Shown: positions 1-12,794 of the stretch, piece by piece
Numbering within the stretch: position 1 is the stretch's first letter
How the letters are laid out: every line of letters starts with the position of its first letter
Origin: Raillietiella orientalis
Lineage: Eukaryota
Length of the DNA: 64,000 nt
NCBI GenBank assembly: GCA_036172245.1
Contig: JAYWIR010000006.1
Location: 3,596,001-3,660,000 of the forward strand
Direction of reading: 5' to 3'
The notes under the pieces: generated by a model
Told to the model about the DNA's origin: nothing
Database searches by the model: none
Seen by the model: only the letters and a program-made list of their open reading frames with translations
Made by a program: the position numbers and the translations under genes

Positions 1-1261
1 TCTCCGCTCCTTCCCCGGGTTCGAGCCGGGCATCACCCTCGCTGATCCGGCGACTTCCGGTTCGAGGGAGATGCATTTATTTCGTGCCTTCCGTGGACGC
101 CAAGAGGCTTTCCCCCCCTTGGCAGCCTCCCGGTGTGTCCCGGGAGCCCCCGGTTTCCCTAGTTGACGGGAACCGCATTGTGCAGCCTCTCGGCTGCATG
201 AAACATCGCGTGCTTTCGGGCTCCACAGCGAGATCGGGATAAAAACAATTCCTCGTCCGCTCCCGGAATGATTACTTCTCCATCATGATGTATTGTGGAT
301 TTCCAGAGGGATGAAAAGGGGAAAAGTGCATGCATTTCGTCCCCCCCCCCCCTCCCTTTTTTCTTCTCTCTGTTGTTGTTGGGGAGAGGAATCTGATGGT
401 TCTTCTGAAGGATCGATTCCCTCCGCGTATTCCGACGTCCTTCTTCCCCAAAAAAACCCTTTCTAAATGGGAGGAGGACACGCATCGGGGGCGACTCTGC
501 AACGCCTCCGTCTCGTAGCCGGCAAACCGGGGAGCAGATTCCTGGAACTGGAGGCCTCCGCCGCGGTCCGGAACCTGCTCTCCATGGGGGTGAGACGAGT
601 CAGCCCGCGGTCTTCGTCAGAGCGGGACGGAGAAACACCGCAGCGTCATCACCCCCTTCTCGTCACCAGAAACGGTTCCCCGCAAGGAGGCGTAAGTGGC
701 TGCTGGGAAATTTCCTGCTGGTGCGTCTCCTTAGGATGGACCCTTGAGGACGCGATCGAAGAGCCCATTGCTTTGATTGTGTCAGAAGCCCCACCGCGCC
801 AACGAGCGACTCCTGCTCCTCGAAGAGGAGGATGCCCTGAGGCATCTTCCTCCCCAGCTTGTGCTAGCGGAGAGTCAGCAGGGCGAAAGAGCGTTTCGCG
901 TCGAAACGAGGCGGTCCATCGCACAGAGAGCTGCTACTCCGGCTCATTGTGCGAGGTCAGTGTCTCGGCCTCCTAAGGACTGCTGCTTGCCTTCCTCCCG
1001 TTGCGCGAAGAAACAACGAAGAGAAATCAGTCTTGCGGAGCGCCGGCTGTCGCGCTTCTGCGTTCTGAGCGGCAGGCCGAACGGTGGAATAGGAGACCAC
1101 CCCTCTTGACCCGCAGAAACAGTTGAAGGAAGCGGCTCCTGCCGAATCTCCTGAGGCTTCCGCGAACGCACGCGGAGAGTCAGGAGACTCGGCGTTCATA
1201 TGAATTCTTTTAGTGGAATCCGCAGTCTTCGGGGACTTCCACCTCGCTTCCTTTCTGAAGT

Positions 1262-2030
1262 TACCTCGCAGTCACGCCGAGGAGTCTGAAAGAAACAGTA
1301 AACTTACATCTATCGTGGTGAGGCAAGGAGCCCCGACACAGATGATTCTTCAATGGGCCTGCCGGGTCGCCTGTGTGCAGACCGGTTGGACACACCTCAG
1401 CAACGGAGGGGGATGAGGGGGAGGGAGAACAAAAAGAAAAATTACATAAAAACACTCTAGAGGGTCGGGAGGAGGGAGGCTGCATCCTTCCCAGGATATC
1501 GGCTTGGTACGTCCGAACAGGTCCCAGGTGGGACCATCTGGCTGCCACCCGCAGAAAGAGAACTGCGAAATGGACGGCGTCCCTACCATCTCTTTCTCTG
1601 TCGGCTTCGCTGCAGTCCTGCGGATGCAGCAAAGCGCTGCTAGGGCTGCGGCTGACTGCAGCTCGCCCCGCACAAAGAGGAGCCGTAAAACGTCCCTGGG
1701 ATCCGGAGGGTCATTCCGAAACATTCCTCCCATGACCGGAAGGCAACGCAGTCCACAAGCAAGTGCGCTATTTGCGTTCCTCACACCTGTGACGGTCAGG
1801 GCTCACCCTCTCAGCGTCTGGTGGGGTCGGCGTGCGTTGCAGGGAAGACCCCAGTGCAACAGCAGAAGTGCCGACCCCTGCCACTTCAGGGGAAGGTGGC
1901 GCAGGATCGACCGTCTCCTTACGGGGAGGATCGACGCTGCTCCAGGGGCTGCGCGGGCTTGCGTCCTCCGAGCGCGTCCGTGCGAGCACCTGCGGCTCCA
2001 AACTGGAGGGATCTCTGAGGTGGGAAGATG
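1262..2030 (-). mobile_element. 5'-truncated L1/Tx1-like LINE, subfamily 1 (copy A)
   Basis: It shows LPLKWQGSALLLLHW and FAVLFLRVAARWSHLG, a T-rich 3'UTR and a degenerate terminal GGCGTGAC motif shared with other copies. Confidence 0.8.
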
Positions 2031-2274
2031 AGCAGGAAAGCGGCTCCCCTCTTAGCTCTTAGCGGGAACACGAAGCTCGGCAACAGGGACCATGCTCCGT
2101 GCATTAATGGACTCATTCCAAGGAGCCGGAAACCGGAGTGGTGCTCTTCAGACAATGCCCTCTCACTCTTCTCTTAATTCAAGAGCAGCGGCAATCACGC
2201 TGGCAACCCTATCAGTGGAGGAAGGTGGATGAATTTCATCTGGTGAGCAGGGACGTTTCTTCCCCTCCCCCTCC

Positions 2275-3880
2275 TTTCTCAAAAAAAAATGAACAAACAG
2301 GAGCCGGTGGGACTTTGCGACCCACCAAACTCCAGCAATCTTCAGGGAAGCACCGAAGAGGCCCTCAGCATCACGGAACGGGTAGAAAAAGGTAAATGTA
2401 AGAAAAAGAAAAAAGCAATCCGGTAAAATTAGAGAGGGAGAGGGAAAGGATCAGTTCCTTCCATGCGGAGTCCATTGAATCCTTCGCAGGATGCCGGCGA
2501 ACTCCTTCTTATGGCCTAGGTGGGTCCACCTCGACGCGATCCGCCGGAACCGGATGGCGAAGAGTGTGGATGTCCTGTCGTTTTGTTCCCTCTCAGCGTT
2601 GTTGTTGAAGGTTTTGCTTAGGCAGCCCAGCGCTGCGACCGCGGCAGCTGGAGGCCAGGTACTCCGCACAGAGGTTCTTCAAGCAGTCTTCAGGGTTGTC
2701 CACGGGGAGGGAGCAAAGCAGAGAAGCGTTTCCACAGCTGTCTGCAGGGCAACATGTGCCGCTAGCAAAGTGCGGGGAGGTCTGCTCTTTCCGACACCTG
2801 GAGCAGTTGGAGCCGATATACCTTCCCTTGTCCAGTGGCAGCTCCGCGTCTCAAGAGTGCCCAACGCATCAGTAGCGCCGACTGCTGCCACTTGAGGAGG
2901 AGGCACGAGTTCTTCTCAATCGCCGGGAGCATTTCCAGCTCTTCCGGTAGGATGCCGAAGAAGTGATGGTTGTTGCAGCCGTCAGCGAGCTGACGAGGCT
3001 TGACCGCTGAAGCATCGACGGGGGTAGCTGACAGGAAGGTCAGCAGTGCCAGCTCACTGCCCATCGCCTCCGCGGTTCTTTCGGCGTTTTGATGGAATTA
3101 CCTGACCTTCCGATTTCCGACACGAGATTGCTGATATTGATCTATGTTTGAAGTCTCCTACGGCTAGGTGTAAGTGTTCGTGGGGCGGCAGGAGATCCAC
3201 TGGTGTGCCCTTACGAGGGAGGCCACTTGTCCAAGGGGAAGCCGTACGCGTGTAGACTTCGGCGGATGCGCGAAAGTGGGGCTGCTAGCTCTCGCAGACA
3301 GCAGCTCTCTGCGAGACAGACATACTGGGTCACACAAGTGGGCAGTCGAGTACTTGACCAGCCTCTTGAAATAGAGCAGAAGTTTCATTCTCTCCAGTGT
3401 CAGGGGGTCGAGTCCTGCACCCTGACGCGGAGCGAACACGTCTTTCAGCGGGACGCGAAACCTCCTTGTGTCCCAAAGGAACTTTCTGAAGGAGGAGCCT
3501 TGTCCTCATCTGCACCTTTTTGGGGAGGTAGGCAAGGAAGAAGTAGGAGCCTGAGAATATGGGTTGCAGAAGTCTTCGAACGTGCAGCCCGTTCCATCAA
3601 AAGGAACTCACCTTCCAGAAATAAGTCGAGCGCCCCCTTCTGGAGACAGCTAGCCCACGCTGCCAACGGGGAAAAAGTCCGTCAACGGCACGCCAAGGTG
3701 CTTGAAGCACTTGACCATGTGGATTTCCAAGGGGACCCAGTCCGGATGTCCATTCTATGCTGCACCAACTGGGCACGGACGAATTCGCCCTGCTCACGCT
3801 CATGCCAGCTCCGCGATGGATCAACTAGAAGTCCTCGAGCGATGTCGCCAGGGCCGATATGGGCGAACGTGGATGAGGAA
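2275..3880 (-). mobile_element. Decayed LINE, subfamily 1 (copy B), RT end to 3'UTR
   Basis: It shows FKHLGVP (YLG-type RT motif), GAGLDPLTLERM, LLKWQQSALLMRW and RWTHLG...FAGILRRIQ, with frameshifts. Confidence 0.8.
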
Positions 3881-3969
3881 CGGCACGGCCTTTCTCCTCA
3901 TTGCCATTACCATTGTGATGATCCTCATAAAGACCACTGCTACCAGCAACACCATCATCCCATGGAAGC

Positions 3970-4920
3970 CTCCCGTACAACGCCCGCCGACACCATTGGA
4001 TGCAGGGAGTGCGAGCTCCAACTGCAGCAGGTGCGACGAATGAGTCCCTCCCGCACCTGCTCATGGATTGTGTTGCCCTCCTCCCTTTGTGGGAACGTTT
4101 TGCCGCTTCTCAGTGGAATCCTGAGGGCAACCCCAGAGGCACTCTGAAGCTCCTCTTCCAGCGCGACGCCCTCACGCCGGCCGCATCCCAGCAGCTCTCT
4201 GCTGCCTACGAAGGATCTTAGCTGCATGAAACAACTCCAGAGGAGGTCACAACGATAGGGATGCTATTTATTTTGTGGTCCTCTTCTTGCGGATAGCTTC
4301 AGGATGACACATCTGGGGATCTTGAAACAGGAACTTGCCGGCATCCTTACAAGGATGCAAAGGACGCCCTCCAGCACCCGGTGATCCCTTCCCAAACCCT
4401 CCCAATTTTTTTCCATATATATTTTTTTGTTTTATTTTTCTTTTTGTCTGCCGAGGCGAACACCTCCAGTCCATGCGCCGGTTCTCGGCAGGTTCCTTTT
4501 TATACATCTCGTTACTCGTTAGTAATTCGTTCTGGAACTCGTGACTAGTACCAAACGAGCTCTTCCTAGGCTTCGCGGTATCATTTTTAATTATTTTGGA
4601 ACCCACTATTAACGCTCAAAATGCTTAGAAAACACAAAAAAGGAACGATTCAGGAGGCACTCTATGGAAGTGTTTGGCACTGTTCGCGAGCTGCCATGAG
4701 ATCAATGCGTCCACGTGTTCCATCACGAGTGGGGTTTCAAGTTCCGAGCATGCGCCGAGTGTCAAAAGAGTTTTTTCTCGTCAAACGCGACGAGTACTGA
4801 ATTTGACGAGTTCCGACACCGTCGAGTACCGAGGTATACGTAACGCACAGGAGGAACCAAGCATCCGTGTCACTAAGTTTATTTTATAAGTAAACTCCCC
4901 GGCTCAATCAAGTGTCAATC
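3970..4920 (+). mobile_element. LINE 3' end, subfamily 1 (copy C), interrupted by a MITE
   Basis: ESLPHLLMDCVAL (zf-RVT-like HxxxxC) and the family 3'UTR are present. The UTR resumes after 4838 and ends in TAAACTCCCCGG...GTGTCAA. Confidence 0.8.
4503..4836. mobile_element. MITE with imperfect terminal inverted repeats, TA-flanked (Tc1/mariner-pogo type)
   Basis: The left end TATACATCTCGTTACTCG matches the reverse complement of the right end, TATACCTCGGTACTCG. This AT-richer block is absent from sibling LINE 3'UTRs. Confidence 0.7.
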
Positions 4921-6189
4921 CAACACCATCATCAACGTCATCATCGACCCATCAACTTCATCATTACTGTCAGCTTCGTCGCCAGCATCACCATCGTCCC
5001 CCATCGAGCCCACCATTATCAGCGTCATCGAGCCATAGTGGAGCACTTCCTCAGTATCCACCAGCTCCTCCACAAGCGCCTCACCCTGGGACCCATCGTG
5101 GTCACCTGCGTCGTAGGGCTGTTCCCGCGGCCATGTCGGGAGAACCACGCTACCAGCGAGGATTCCCGTCCTCTTCCCGAGGAGGCGGCGGCGGCAGCCT
5201 CCCTCGCGCCGGCATCTACCGGCGTTCCTGGCAATTTCTCTCGGCCATCCGAAACCCGCGTCTTTCCCGTGGCGGCTGCTTTGCTGGCCGGAGGAGCGTC
5301 TGTTCGCGCGCGCTTGAGGGTGGAGGGGGAGAAGTGCCGAGCAAGGGCTGCTCCCCTGACACCCCGGCGTCTTCGGAGAGCAGCGAATCTTCCCGCAGGA
5401 AAAGGGAGCCCGGCGGCGCAACGGAGACCTGCTCAAACAGGGGGATACTCTCCCAGGTCATCTTGTCCTTGAGGCCGTAGTCACCCTGCACCGTGAACCC
5501 GTGGTCACCCGTGAACCACCTGACGCTTCCCTCGACAAGAACGCTTGCATGCGGAAGGGAGGGGGGTGAATCTGCTGGAATGATGGACCGACCCTCTTCA
5601 ACACTGACGTCATTCGCCCCTCGGAGGAACAAACTCACGCCCCCGGCGAAGTACCCGGCAGCCCCACCATCTCCCCTACGGCAGTGGAGAGGAGATACGC
5701 CTGCAAGCGAGGGAGAGGACATCTGTCGCGTCAAGGGGGGAACCGAGCCCATCTGAGAATATAACCGGGATCCGCAGAGGTGGATTGCGGTCTTACCTGA
5801 AGGCCTCCCTGAGAGCACCAAGGTCCCGACCTTCACCAGAGACTCTCCTCTGCCGACGCACTGCTGAGCCTAGACGGGAGGCGAACCCTAGGGAACGTCT
5901 AATCCGCGCTTCTGAAATGTTCCGTAGGTTGTGACCCCGCAGCCGTCCCAGGATGCTCTCGGAACCTCCTCCTCTTCCTTCTCCTGGCTGGTCTCCCACA
6001 CGCGCGGCCTTCGTCTTTAATCACAGCTCCAGGCGTTTGGGGTGTCGTGCACTGTCAACATGCTTACCATAGCTCCCCACAAGAATCATGCCGTCGTCAG
6101 CCACGTGCACATTCCTCAGCAACGCTCAGGATGGAACCGAAGCGCTGGAGCCTCTGGGAACACCACCCTCACAGTGCCTTCCTTCTCCC

Positions 6190-6710
6190 CCCACTCGATA
6201 AATCCTCCTGCTCCTAGGCGACGCACTTCGGTCTGCAGCCTCGCTGGCAGCAGCCTTGTGCTGTCTGCACGGAATCGTCGCTGCCTGGAGCGACGCAAAA
6301 GGAAGACCGAGCGACAGGGGTGCCACAGCCACTTTGCTAATCGATTGATGAGGACGGCAACGAGATGGCCCCACCTGGACAGCAATTTCCAGCAAATGCA
6401 TCCTTGTCGGCATTCTGCAAAGGATGCAGAGAATCGCTTCCAGCAGACAGTGTTAATTTTAATTATAAAAAAAATTGAATTAGTTTCCTTTGCTCACCTC
6501 ACCCCACCTCAAAAATGTTTTCTTTTATTTTGTTTTTTTTAGTTTTCGTTTGCCTCCCTTCTGAAGCTGTGGTGGAACTCGCTGGTTTGCGAGCAGGCCA
6601 CGCATCAGATTAGATCGAAAAAGGGCGGGATTGAACCACGGATCCAATCACAAAAATCATATTTAATTTAATTTATAAATAAGCGCTCCGGCGTGTCCGA
6701 GTGAGAATCC
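6190..6710 (+). mobile_element. LINE 3' fragment (copy D)
   Basis: LMRTATRWPHL, a T-rich UTR and terminal AATAAGCGCTCCGGCGTGTCCGAGTG. Confidence 0.75.
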
Positions 6711-6949
6711 ACTCTACAATGCTGGTCGGTTTCGGTTCCCATTCCGAAACAGGTCTTCAGAGGCCTCCATGACGACAGAGGAGCTGCGCGCTCGAATGCC
6801 GATCCGGAGAGGACGAAGGTTACATAAGAGGAAGCTGGTTCTTTCTCAGTCGGGCTGCTCAACATCCACTGAGGACCGTTTCGCGTCCGATCCCTTTAAA
6901 GGCTGCTTCTGCTCTGTGAGCGAGGGCGCAGCGCCCAGATGCATCCCAC

Positions 6950-8500
6950 AACCCGATTTGCAGCAGGCCGTGAGGTGGCACTGAGCAACCTTTCCACCCA
7001 CGCTCCAAGAAGGCGTATAGAGCGGTCAATTTCTTGAAGCAACTACAAGAGCACGCGTTCGAATGGGAGGATCGAAGCTTTCCGAGAGACCAGCCGCCCT
7101 CGTCTCCGCGGCTCTTCTTTCGGCAGCCTCGAAGGTCCAGACTGCACCTCCTTTTCCGAGTCCGTCTGAAGGACTTTTGCGCTCTGCGTTGCGACGAAGT
7201 CCTCGTACTCCTGACGTTGAAGTGCCTGCAACGGTAGCTCCAGTGGAGGACTCTCGCCCTAGTAGCGAAGTTTAGGAGCACGAACTGGTGCGAGCATGCA
7301 CGGTATCTGATCGAGCGAGCCACTGGCTACTTGAGACTGTCTTCGTTCCTGGCGGGGCGGTGCAGACGCAACGTGTCCAGTTGCGGAGTGGAGCTCCGGC
7401 GAATGGCCAAGCTGACCAGGACCAACAACTGGATCTTCTGCCGGTCCGCGAACGATAGTGCCTGGCTGCAGAAAACCGTCTGCACGTGGGCCAAGAACAA
7501 CGAAGCGAGCCCGGAGATGCGGCAGCATACTGCTGCACTCCTACAACCGCTCGCTACAGGGCGTCATCGTGCATCGTCGCCGCGTTGAAAGCAAAGCAGG
7601 GCGTTCACTCATCGAGGCACGCCCTCGGCTGCCTCCTTTGGCGGATGAAGGCAGCCAGCCAAATGGAAGGTCAGTTGCGAAATAGATCTCCGGACGGAGG
7701 AATGAGGCTACTTGACCACGGTCCAGATCACGGATGCTGCAACACCAAGTGCCCCTCACAAGAAACTATCGCGCTGGGGTGAGCTGCTGGCAATCCCACA
7801 AGAAAACCTCGAGTGACTCCCAGCGCTTACTCGGGCCCTCCTTCTGAAGTGGAAGGAGCCGACACTTCTGCTGTTACTCTGCCGTGCAATGCCCTCCACT
7901 CTCACTGGACCCGAGAGGCTGACTACTGCAGTGCGGAGAACGGGAATCTCAGCACTCGCACTTGCTTGTAGACTGTGTTGCCCTCCGGCTCCTGTGGTTG
8001 CGTTACGCAACGGCACTCGGGGCGTTAAAGGACACTCCCAGAGACGTGCTGAAGAGCCTCTTCGTGCGCGATGCCCTTCCGCCTGTCGCATCCCCGGCAG
8101 CTCTCTTCTGCTGCCTACGTGGGATTGGGGCGGCCTGGAGCTACGCGAGAAGAGGACGGCACGATAGGGACGTCATCTGCTTCGCCCTTGGCTTCCTGAG
8201 GACGGCAGTTAGATAGCTCCACCTGGGACATACTCAGAAGGAATTTGCCGGCATCCTGGAGAGGATGCAGAGGACGCCCTCTAGCCCCCAATGATCCTTT
8301 CCTTACCCTCCCAATTGTTTTCTATATATAAATTTTTTTTCTGTTTGCTCTCTCCCCCTCCGCTGCCGAGGCGAATCTCGCCGGCCTGCGTGCCGGTTAC
8401 TCAGCAGGTTCCCAGCATTTTTGTACGAAGTAGGGTCGGTGGCCCCACACATGTATGCCTATTGTTCTTTATAATAAACACACAGGCGTGACCGGGTGAT
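6950..8500 (+). mobile_element. Decayed LINE, subfamily 1 (copy E; probably chimeric near 7690)
   Basis: TNNWIFCRSAN, LLKWKE and LVDCVALRLLW...PRDVLKSLFVRDAL are present, with terminal CAGGCGTGACCGGGTG. Confidence 0.8.
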
Positions 8501-8789
8501 AAACCAAGCAGTTCGCTCCAGCGAAGGAGTCCCTTTGCCCGGAAGCGAGCGGTGGCGGCGTTCACTATCTTCATCGTCTTGCAACCGTTCAGGAGTCTTT
8601 CGACTCCTGCAATGTTGCAGGAGAACTTCCACCCCGTCAGTTGGCTGCCGTCATTGCTTGCCCTGTAGACAGAGTGCTGTGGCAAGGGGTGTGACTGCTA
8701 TCCCGAACCGCTGAGTCCAATTCTGCAGATCCTCCAGTGGTTTTCGTAGGAGATTCCAGCGATCTCTGTTTCTCTGGGAGCACTTCCAA
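7652..8789. repeat. Left arm of long inverted duplication IR1 (partner 17203-18340)
   Basis: Mirror-image ORFs are identical, and paired coordinates sum to 25992. I saw only a few mismatches, clustered near 7652-7710. Confidence 0.97.
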
Positions 8790-9000
8790 TCCCGGCAGCC
8801 ACTCTTGGGATATCCGGGGGCTTCTGGCAGCTTCCACCAGCGCCTCACCCGAAGTCCGTAGGCCAACCAGCGTCATCCTGCGGTAGGATACCCCACGACG
8901 CACCCCGTTGTCGGCCCTGGATTTTTACCTGGGCAGGATTCGAACCCGCAATGCTTGGCTCCAGGTGCGGCGGAGACGGCAGCCAGACGGATGCGAACGC
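8782..9000 (-). mobile_element. tRNA-derived SINE, head only
   Basis: A B-box GGTTCGAATCC is followed by the family core GATGACGCTGGTTGGCCTAC. Similarity to the family stops at ATTGGAAGT. Confidence 0.75.
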
Positions 9001-9009
9001 GGGCTTTCG

Positions 9010-9380
9010 CACAAGCTCTCTGAATGCAGCCCACGTTCCACCATCATTTCAAAATTTCCGAGTCAGAACTGGGGACGCCCCGTTTTCACTTTCTCGTCGC
9101 ACAGCGCTGATTGCGACCATTCAGGAAAGTCGGATGCACCCTGCTCGAGGGAAGTTTCTGGGTTTTTCGAAATTCGTACTGGGGATCGCTGGCTGATCCC
9201 TCAGCGACCGCTGGAGTTGACCTCCGAAGGGACTCTGCCACACCCGCTTGCAGGGGCCTTGTTCAGCAGGTCCTCGGTTACCTGTTTCTTTGCGGCTGCC
9301 CATTTTCCGGCCGTGGCATCGTGAATGGGTGCCTGGAGGCGCACCTAGACAAGGAAGGGAGATTTGCTGAGGCAGAGAGT
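9010..9380 (+). pseudogene. Possible Tc1/mariner transposase C-terminal relic
   Basis: KFPSQNWGRPVFTFSSHSADCDH resembles FP.RWIGR...WPPRSPDL, and CLEAHLDKEGRFAE resembles C.ACI...G.HFE. The match is very degenerate. Confidence 0.3.
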
Positions 9381-10050
9381 TGCTTTTTGGTATTGGCAGC
9401 CATGCAATGTCGTGTCGTGGCGTGGTATGAAGTCATCGGTGCTAAGCTGAGCGCGTAGTGGCAGCGTATTGAAAAGTGACTGCGTAGTGAGTCGTATTGC
9501 AAGGGAAGTGATGAGCAGAGTGGGAGCACTGAGAATAGCCATCTTTCATACCAAAGTAAAATTAATTAGGAACTGATATTTCCCATTTGGACATCAATGA
9601 GTTACAAAATATTGACGTCATATTTAGTTAAATAAACCAAGATTTTATTTGGTGGTGATAGGTTGGGAACTTGATGTTTTTAATTATTAATGAATAGGAA
9701 AATGAGGATAAGTTCGAGATGCTGGAGCGGAGAGGTTGCCATTCTAGGGATGATGCACCAATTTCTGATTAAGACTGCTGCAATGGAGGATGTCAGGTAC
9801 TTACGAGCGGGCTTGTTCTTCTAACATTCCTCAGCATGTCTTTCCCTTCACCTTTCAGACAAATGAGGCTTTCACAGTTTCCAGTAGCTGTCCCGAGTTT
9901 TACGAAGGAAGGTGTGGCTCGCTTGTCAGTCTCCTCAGCACGTGGGACAGTCCTGGACTTCTCTGCTTTGAGACCAGCGCTCGACTTTTTCTGCTCATGG
10001 TGAGTCCGAGTGGTGAAGAAGAAACGAATTCTCTGACGCTTCCGAAAGTT

Positions 10051-10720
10051 TGAACCCAAGTGACTCCAGGACGTTTATTTCGAGAAATAAAACAAGATAA
10101 ACTACAAGTCTGAGGGGAAAAGAATCCTCCCAAAAAACAAGAAAGCTCCCCCCCCCTATAAAAAAAATAAGTTCATCCCGGATAACCACTGACACGCAGG
10201 CAGACTTTTAAAATCTAGGGAACGGAGGGATAGAACAAGAAATAAATAAAAAAAAGACGGGAGGGTGGTAACAGGGGTCTTTGGTATGAAACATTCCTTA
10301 ATTTTCAGAAGCGGCTGTGGATGGTGGCGATTTCAATGGCGACTCCTTCTGGCAGGTAAGGCCATCTTGCTGCTTCCCTTATGAGGGCTGCTGCCATGCT
10401 GGCGGCCTTTCTTTGCCTCGAACCAGACTCCAGAGCGTGGCGAACTGTCACTATGGCGTGAATGCTGCAGGTTGTTGTGATCACAGTGCTCTTCTTCAGC
10501 TCGCCTCCGGTGAAGAAACGCCGCAGCAAGTCGAAAGCGGTGTCCTGCGGTCGACGGAACGCAGAAGCGATTCTTCGTCACAAGTCCTCAAAGGCACTGC
10601 AGTCCAACCTTAAGCAGTTCGGAAGGGAACCAGGTGTCTGCGCTGATTGCTCTGAAATCCCCAGCGCAGAAACAGCAGAACGTCCCGTTTCTGCCGTGGC
10701 GAGAACACGGTAGGTGTCCA
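10051..10720 (-). mobile_element. LINE 3' end, subfamily 2
   Basis: KRDVLLFLRWG, LRRFFTGGEL and AASMAAALIREAARWPYL are present, with terminal AATAAACGTCCTGGAGTCACTTGGGTTCA. It is colinear with 18470-18724 plus 20691-21108. Confidence 0.8.
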
Positions 10721-10799
10721 CGCAAAGGGAAGGGACCACGCTTCAAGAGGCAGCTTGGTCTTTCACGCAGTGACTTCCTCTGACACACTCCGCTTGTCA

Positions 10800-12480
10800 A
10801 GTTGACCTTTCCTCTTTTCAGAGGCTTCATCGTTGACAGCTTGCGGATAGAACAATCCCCTCTATGCTCTTCCTTCTCCACTTCCTCCATCGGTTCCCTT
10901 TGGTCTCCCCATACTTGGTGTCTTTCTGTACGCGAAATTTCAAGGACCGAATTGTGCGAATCCTGCTAGCTCTACACTTCCGGCGCCTTCCATCTTCATA
11001 GAGGTCTCCAACATTCTTCATTTTGCCATTTTCCTCGGAAGCAGCGAATCAGCAGATTATCGCGGAAAGTTCCCTGTTCCATGGCTTCTTGCTTGTCGGG
11101 ATTATCTTCAGACGGTACATCCACAGTGTATTTATCTTCATTGTCCACGTCGGATCAATGCTCTCATAATTTGCTTCCCTCGGTTTCGGGACTGTGAAAA
11201 TCCCCGACTGCTGTACGTTATCTCGTGCAGCATGAGGTCACACCTCCCATTTCAAGACAGGGAATCTCCTTTGTTTGCTGGCTTTTCGCGGCGCGTTTTG
11301 TCAATCCCATCCCCAGTCCACCTCGCTCTTGAGGTCCGCAGGTGCTCCGTATCTTGGCTTTGGGCTTTCCTTTCTCCATCCGCAGATTCAGCTCCTCCCG
11401 AAAACTCGTTACTCGGATACAACTCGTTACTTCTTGTTCTGAATAGCCTGCCACATGTAGAATCCTTGGTAGGAAGATGAAGTAGATTCTCTCGTCCATG
11501 AAGCGAGAGAGATAAGAGAGAGCTGGCCCATCTCATTTCTCGATTCATGTCCTAGGCGTTTTACGCATTTAATCCCACTGTTTGGACAAGGATTTCGTCA
11601 CTGGGAAGACGAAATACCCAGATATTTAACCGTTTTCTCTAGCTGAAGACCTCTTCCTTCCATTTCCCTGGTTGGAATTCCTCCGAGCTCCTTCAGAATT
11701 TTTCAACATCTGCTGCTTCCGGCAATGCTGGTCGATCTTGCTTGTCTACCACGGAAAATGCGAGATCATTAGCATGCTCCAGGCATCTGAACTGCTTGTT
11801 CCTGTACGTGTGCGACTCTCGCTTCTGAAGTTTCACCTGCAGTGACGTTCACGGCCTCCAAGAGGGAGTCGCAAAGTTCACGCGAATGGTCTCCGGAACT
11901 ATTCCGCTCATCCGAATTGTGAAACTCGCTTCGTATATCTATGTGTTCACAAACAGTAGAATTTCTTGGGCCGATCCCATTTCCCGCGTTACCTTCCACA
12001 GCACCTCAAGGTGGAGAATGAGATGTGCCTTTTCCATGCCCGTGGAAGTGAATGGGAGATCCTTCTGTATTTTTGGTATCCCAATGGTGGTTTGCTTGGC
12101 TCTTGCATTACCAGCCATATGCCTTCCTAGAATTGCACATGCTTGCAGTGTTACCACCATCCTCTCCATTTCTTTCCTTGATTTGTTCACAGATTTTGAC
12201 GTGCATTTCGCATCTGTATTTGGAACAGAGATTGACCTCCACTTTTGACTCCATAGATTGACTTTGGTTAGGTTACCTCCTATGGGTAGCAACATGGTCC
12301 TGATAAGCGTCCTCTTTCTTGGTTTCTCTTTAGCAACTGTTCCAGTTTCGATGGCACTTTCCAGTTATGCTCTGTTTTCCCACTTTGACTCCAATTTTTT
12401 CGTGAAATTTCTAGAAAATGCTCTTGGACGGCATGGAATAATTTCCAATTTTCCAATTTCTCAACCCTCGAGGAACAGTG
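10800..12480 (-). pseudogene. AT-richer L1-clade reverse transcriptase relic (different family)
   Basis: RT motifs occur in the expected order: WRSISVPNTDAK, QACAILGRHM, MEKAH..LWKV..MG, HANDL, VKYLGI, FLPRILH and PQERGGLGM. There are multiple stops. Confidence 0.8.
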
Positions 12481-12794
12481 ATGGATCATTTAACATCTTT
12501 ACATGTTGCAGATTCTTCATCTTGAGGATTGAGCGTGAATTCTAGCGAGCTATCCAATCTGCATGATTCCTCTGGTTTAGTCGTTTCCCTGGTCACCCGG
12601 TAGTGACAAAAGTCCCAAAACGTGGACCTCTGGCGCAGGCGTCCGTTCTCGGCCAAGATCGTCAGGGTACGATGGGGAACAGAATTTGACTCCACATTCG
12701 TCGAAAGTGCGAAACTCAGGAAGCTGGTTGAGCCAAGAAGACCACGTCCACTCTTCGAGTTGACATCAAAATTGCACACTCAGCTGCACCTTTT

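Noticed and set aside
3203..4147. 314-aa ORF
   Set aside because: It is an antisense shadow of LINE copy B running into copy C.
4912..5120. His-rich or Asp-rich ORFs
   Set aside because: They derive from degenerate (CAT)n low-complexity sequence.
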